A DNA stretch of 63,419 nucleotides, the filler included, from Rhabdomonas costata (taxonomy: Eukaryota): NCBI GenBank assembly GCA_019059605.1. It is 33 parts of 33 records of this genome, joined end to end, with 100 filler letters (N's around TTAATTAATTAA, not from the genome) between each part and the next. Parts side by side here need not be neighbours in the genome. Positions count along the whole stretch, not along the records: positions 59,673 to 61,495 come from JAHMHO010008548.1; positions 61,596 to 63,419 come from JAHMHO010008549.1; 31 more parts are not named here. One strand, written 5' to 3'. Positions 59,573 through 63,419 of the stretch are shown one piece after another (the stretch's first letter is position 1; the number at the start of each line of letters is the position of its first letter). The position numbers were made by a program, and so were the translations under genes. The notes beneath the pieces are model-generated. The model was not told the DNA's origin and searched no databases. It saw only the letters and a program-made list of their open reading frames with translations.

Positions 59573-60044
59573 NNNNNNNNNNNNNNNNNNNNNNNNNNNN
59601 NNNNNNNNNNNNNNNNTTAATTAATTAANNNNNNNNNNNNNNNNNNNNNNNNNNNNNNNNNNNNNNNNNNNNGTGTGGGGGGAACAGGGTCGCCGTCCCG
59701 TCGTAACCCCTCGGGCGAGCGAACGAGGGAGATCCCGCTCCCAAGCTCACAGAGGTGCCAAACAAAGGGGCTGCCGTTGGGCTGGCTAGAGGCTGGCCCG
59801 ATGGGCTGCCCCATGGGGTGGTTTCATGGCCTTCCGCAGGAGAGGGGAGGCTCAAGGTAACCCCACTGAGGGGCGGAGCGAATTCTTCTGAGGCTGGAAA
59901 TGGGGGGTAGGCCAGTTCTATCCCCGGAGGGGGATGCATCCCCCCTCTTCCTTCTTTCCTCCTTCTTTACAACATCGACAGTAAAAAAACAACAACGCAA
60001 GAAATAGCTGTGCACTGAACAAGGAAGCAGATATTTGCACACTG

Positions 60045-60424
60045 CGGGGTGCGCTCCAGTCCGCAGTGGTGGAAGATTAAGCTGCTCAACGGAAGCCATT
60101 GTCCAGCAGTCAAATATTGCCCCCATCCCTTCCCACAGCTTTGTCCTAGTACGCGACACCTCCAGTAGTTCTTTCAGTTCATCGACCTAGCCTCCTCCAA
60201 GGCAAAGCCGTGCCCCCCACCCCCTTCTTTTTTGTCATGCGGCTGAAGTTGCGAGGTGGTCGCCCAGAGCTGCGGTGCTGCGGTGCAAGTTTGGGGTGTG
60301 AAAGACAGTCTCACTGCTGAGGACGGTCGATCGGTATATGTTCTCTCCGAAATGCACCAGATCGAAGGAGCGGGTTTCCGGTTACGTACCCAAGATGTAC
60401 TGCAAGTCCTAATTTCCCTTCCAT
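60045..60424 (-). CDS. Hypothetical protein, probable first exons
   Basis: ATG at 60424 lies 12 nt after a pyrimidine-CAG acceptor; MEGKLGLAVHLG.. followed by an open VDELKELLEV.. segment; exon boundaries uncertain. Confidence 0.3.
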
Positions 60425-60892
60425 GTTGCAAATGAGCTGAGCGGGAAAGAAAACAGACATCGACTCAGCGCACACAGCGCACACAGAGCGTCCACGATCC
60501 ATGCGCGCTGCAGGCGTTCCTAATCTAAAAACACATTTCGGAAGTGTGAAGAAAGAAGGTGCGATACACTCCCACCACCGGAAGGGGATGGACGTACGGA
60601 CCCATCGCCCAGGTGGGCGATATTGAGGAGAAGCACATCTAAGCCAGCCCCCCTTGGAGAGAAAAAGAACTATAAAACAAAAAAGGTCAACTAAAACCTC
60701 AGCACAACAACAGAAAACAAAACAAAGGCCGCTGCGCGACTCAGGGAAGCCGTCACGGAATACAAAAAAAAGAGACAAGGATGCGCAGTCTCGAAGAAGT
60801 TATTGACAAAGGCAAGGCTATACAACAGCAACAGCAACACCCCACACCACACAAAGCATACCCCCTGCCCGACCGAAAAGAAAGCCTCTAGG

Positions 60893-61467
60893 TTAACGCT
60901 TCAAATGGCAGATGAACTTCAGTCCGTACAGGGTCATTAACCGAACAATGAGGATTGAGATCCCCACAGCCCCGAACCACAACCACAAGAGGTTGTAGTT
61001 CATCCCGTAGGTGGGCTGGAGGTAGCCCCAGACGGTCTTCTTGGTGCGCTGGGCCGTTATGGGATCCACCAGCTGTGATTCCATCACATACGGCAGGTGT
61101 CAAGATGTCTCTCTTTTCGAAACACGGCACCAAGGGTGAGTTCGGAAAACATCGGTTCTGCATATGAAGGTCCAGCGGAAGATTTCCGGCGGAGGGATTG
61201 AATTTTAGCACGAGCGCCGTGAGTTGATGTGCAAAGGTTCCTCCAGAACGCAGGGCATTTTCAAAGCAATGCATGTGCAAGTCCTCGTCCTCTCAAAATG
61301 CCCAAAAACATCTCACAAATATGCGTACACAAAACTCGCCTTGGCAAGCACGCGCGCATTCGGTACATCCACACACCACGACTTGAGGGCAGCCCTGCCA
61401 GCCCTCCCCCTCGCAGTGGAACTGAGAGGACAGCATGGCGTTCAGGGTGTACCCCAAGGGATTGATC
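60893..61467 (-). CDS. ABCG/PDR-type ABC transporter, last two exons (61467-61377, 61072-60893)
   Basis: INPLGYTLNAMLSSQF..TVWGYLQPTYGMNY..TM helix..LKFICHLKR* is the typical ABCG/PDR C-terminus. Confidence 0.8.
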
Positions 61468-61698
61468 CTAAAGCCCCACCCACCCATACACGCTTNNNNN
61501 NNNNNNNNNNNNNNNNNNNNNNNNNNNNNNNNNNNNNNNTTAATTAATTAANNNNNNNNNNNNNNNNNNNNNNNNNNNNNNNNNNNNNNNNNNNNGGTGG
61601 GGGTGGTGGGAAGCGAAAGTCATGACACCACAGTATGTCAAAATGAAGAAGAAAGGCGGAGGTCCCAGCCCGTTCTCATCGAAAAAGCGTGAGAATAC

Positions 61699-63067
61699 CC
61701 GCAATAGAAGTGCGGAAGGTCTCAACGCCCAGTGTGTCCTGAACGATGAGCTCTGTCTCCTGAGAACAGGCAGAGAGGCCTTTTTGGAAGCAAAGGGCGC
61801 GAAGAGGCATGGGTGACATCATCTCAAAACCATTTAAGTGGAGTGAAGGTGCGAGCCGTAGGAAGAAAAGGCTCAGGAAAAAGGAAGAAGGAAAAGGAAG
61901 AAAAAACTCAAAATTCAGCGGTGACCAGAAATGAGAACCAGACTGCTTTTACACACATACTTTGTCCAGCTCAGAATGAAGTAGAGCGACGTGGTCATTG
62001 CAGGCAATGACATTTCCAAGTGCAGAAAGACGCTCTTCCACTCTTTGCACCTTGCATGTGCAAAAAAAACACTCAAATAAAGTTTCATCTCTACTACTAT
62101 TTCGTTCTCGTGGAGTTCTGACAGATTAGCAAAAAGCATATTTGAGAGTGTTCGAACGCCTTCAGCAAAGTTTCGCCTTGTGCACGAAAGAGACGCCAGA
62201 ACGCAAGCAACAATTAGGTGCCCTCAGGTACCCACCAGTAAGGCCCAAATTTCAAACTCCAAATGGCAGCAAGGCGACACACAATTTACCCAGCCCTAAT
62301 TGGGGCATGGAAAAAATAGCGATTTGTTTTGTGTCAAACCCCTATCACTGGTGTCTTCTCAGGCAGTTGTGTAAAGACATGCAAAAAGATTGACGGAGCA
62401 ACCTTAACTTCATCGGGGAGGGAATTGCGGATATGCTGCATCTCCAGGTCAGTTGTTGTCGTAGGCAGCAGCAGTCCCTTGCGATTGCCAGCACACAACC
62501 GCCCGATAATCCGGCAATTTGCGATGGAGCAGTAGATCACTGGAAAAAACAAGAACACAACAAGAACAAGAAAAACATTGTCTGTTTGCGTCTCACATCA
62601 CAACTCAAGTTAAAGAACAACGCATCCAAGGCCCAGGATTGAGTTGTGTCACTCACGTTTGTGTTACAGCCTTGTTGGACGTCCGACTCCACCGCCACCG
62701 CCCAGCGCCGTGAGATGAAGTTGGAACCTCGGAAATAATTTCTGTTTTATTTAAGAAAAAGCATGGCATGGAGATGAATAGTTAGCAATAGTTAGCAACC
62801 AACAAACACCTCGGAAGCGTGTGATAGCACGGTAAAACGGTGCAGAACAAACGGAGACCCTTTGTTCAATGCCTGAACAAACGTTATGAGGATCGGAGAA
62901 AGCGAAAATGGACGTGTCAAAGCACCAGCAACATGTTCTGCCAGCTCCTGCTCGAAAACGCTGTAAAAATTGCTTGAGCCGCCCATTCCGACCAGGCAGT
63001 AGCGGTTGGTGAGCTTGGCAAAGACGCCAATGTCATCACTGTTCTCAAACCTCGTCCGAAGAGCCAT
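61699..63067 (-). CDS. EIF6: Eukaryotic translation initiation factor 6, 5' part (exons 63067-62926, 62539-62403, 62050-61961, 61759-61699)
   Basis: [92 protein letters not shown]; all GT-AG phases match. Confidence 0.97.
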
Positions 63068-63419
63068 TCCCTCTTTCAAGGAAAGCGGGGAGTGGAAATG
63101 ACAAAAATGGAACGCAACGGCGAGGAAAAAGAGCTCGCGCCTTTCCTGCCCGACACCGCAGAGAAGGGGTGGATTCGAACAGGCGCCCAAAAACGAGACA
63201 AAAAAGACAGACAATCTGAACAAACGACATATAGTTGCCAAATGCTGTCTTGCCCAAGCTTCGGCACAGACGACGCTGCCTCTTAAAGCCTAGTCCCTTC
63301 CACTCCCATCCCTACAACGGCTTCTCCCTCTCATGGCGCCCGCACATTCCTCCTTTTGCAATACACTCCACACGCGTCTCACCATTTGGACCCCCCCCAC
63401 CAAACACACACCAAAAACC

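Noticed and set aside
59900-59940. GTTCTATCCCCGG as a tRNA/SINE B-box
   Set aside because: No cloverleaf or A-box can be built.
1832-61595. Regularly spaced identical TTAATTAATTAA repeats as a CRISPR-like array or biological repeat
   Set aside because: They are embedded in fixed N44 runs and form a standard six-frame-stop contig linker.
81-63286. Most ORFs in the supplied six-frame track
   Set aside because: The track ignores introns and uses alternative starts; most entries are shadows, intron read-through or run into linkers.

Overview
This is not one locus. It is 33 unrelated contigs of about 1.82-1.83 kb, joined by an artificial 100-nt spacer (N44-TTAATTAATTAA-N44), so gene neighbourhoods across spacers mean nothing. 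About two thirds of contig starts are ~10-nt G/T-only runs and most ends are A/C-only runs, the footprint of degenerate-primer whole-genome amplification. The DNA is from an intron-rich eukaryote, most likely a euglenozoan (euglenid-like): eIF6 looks kinetoplastid-like, there is a GH81 beta-1,3-glucanase, and genes are tightly co-oriented with pyrimidine-AG acceptors before the ATG. Splicing exons by hand with phase checks gives fragments of O-fucosyltransferase, GT15 mannosyltransferase, DEAH helicase, MAPK-like kinase, universal stress protein, PPR-like protein, EF-Ts, MCM6, TSC2/tuberin, Spondin_N protein, ankyrin protein, cullin, U-box/EF-hand protein, WD40 protein, CDO-like cupin, SDR, USP deubiquitinase, IFT dynein heavy chain, GH81, a degenerate DEAD-box domain, a cyclase-like domain, ABCG and eIF6. 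Mobile DNA includes two DD41D Tc1/mariner remnants sharing a 12-nt terminus and CRE-like non-LTR remnants. Best leads: an intron with 8-bp target-site-duplication/TAGG..CCTA architecture (introner-like), a GA-AG intron plus several GC-AG introns, an ADP-ribosyltransferase/F-box fusion and a U-box/EF-hand fusion. All family calls come from motif recognition by eye, not database searches.
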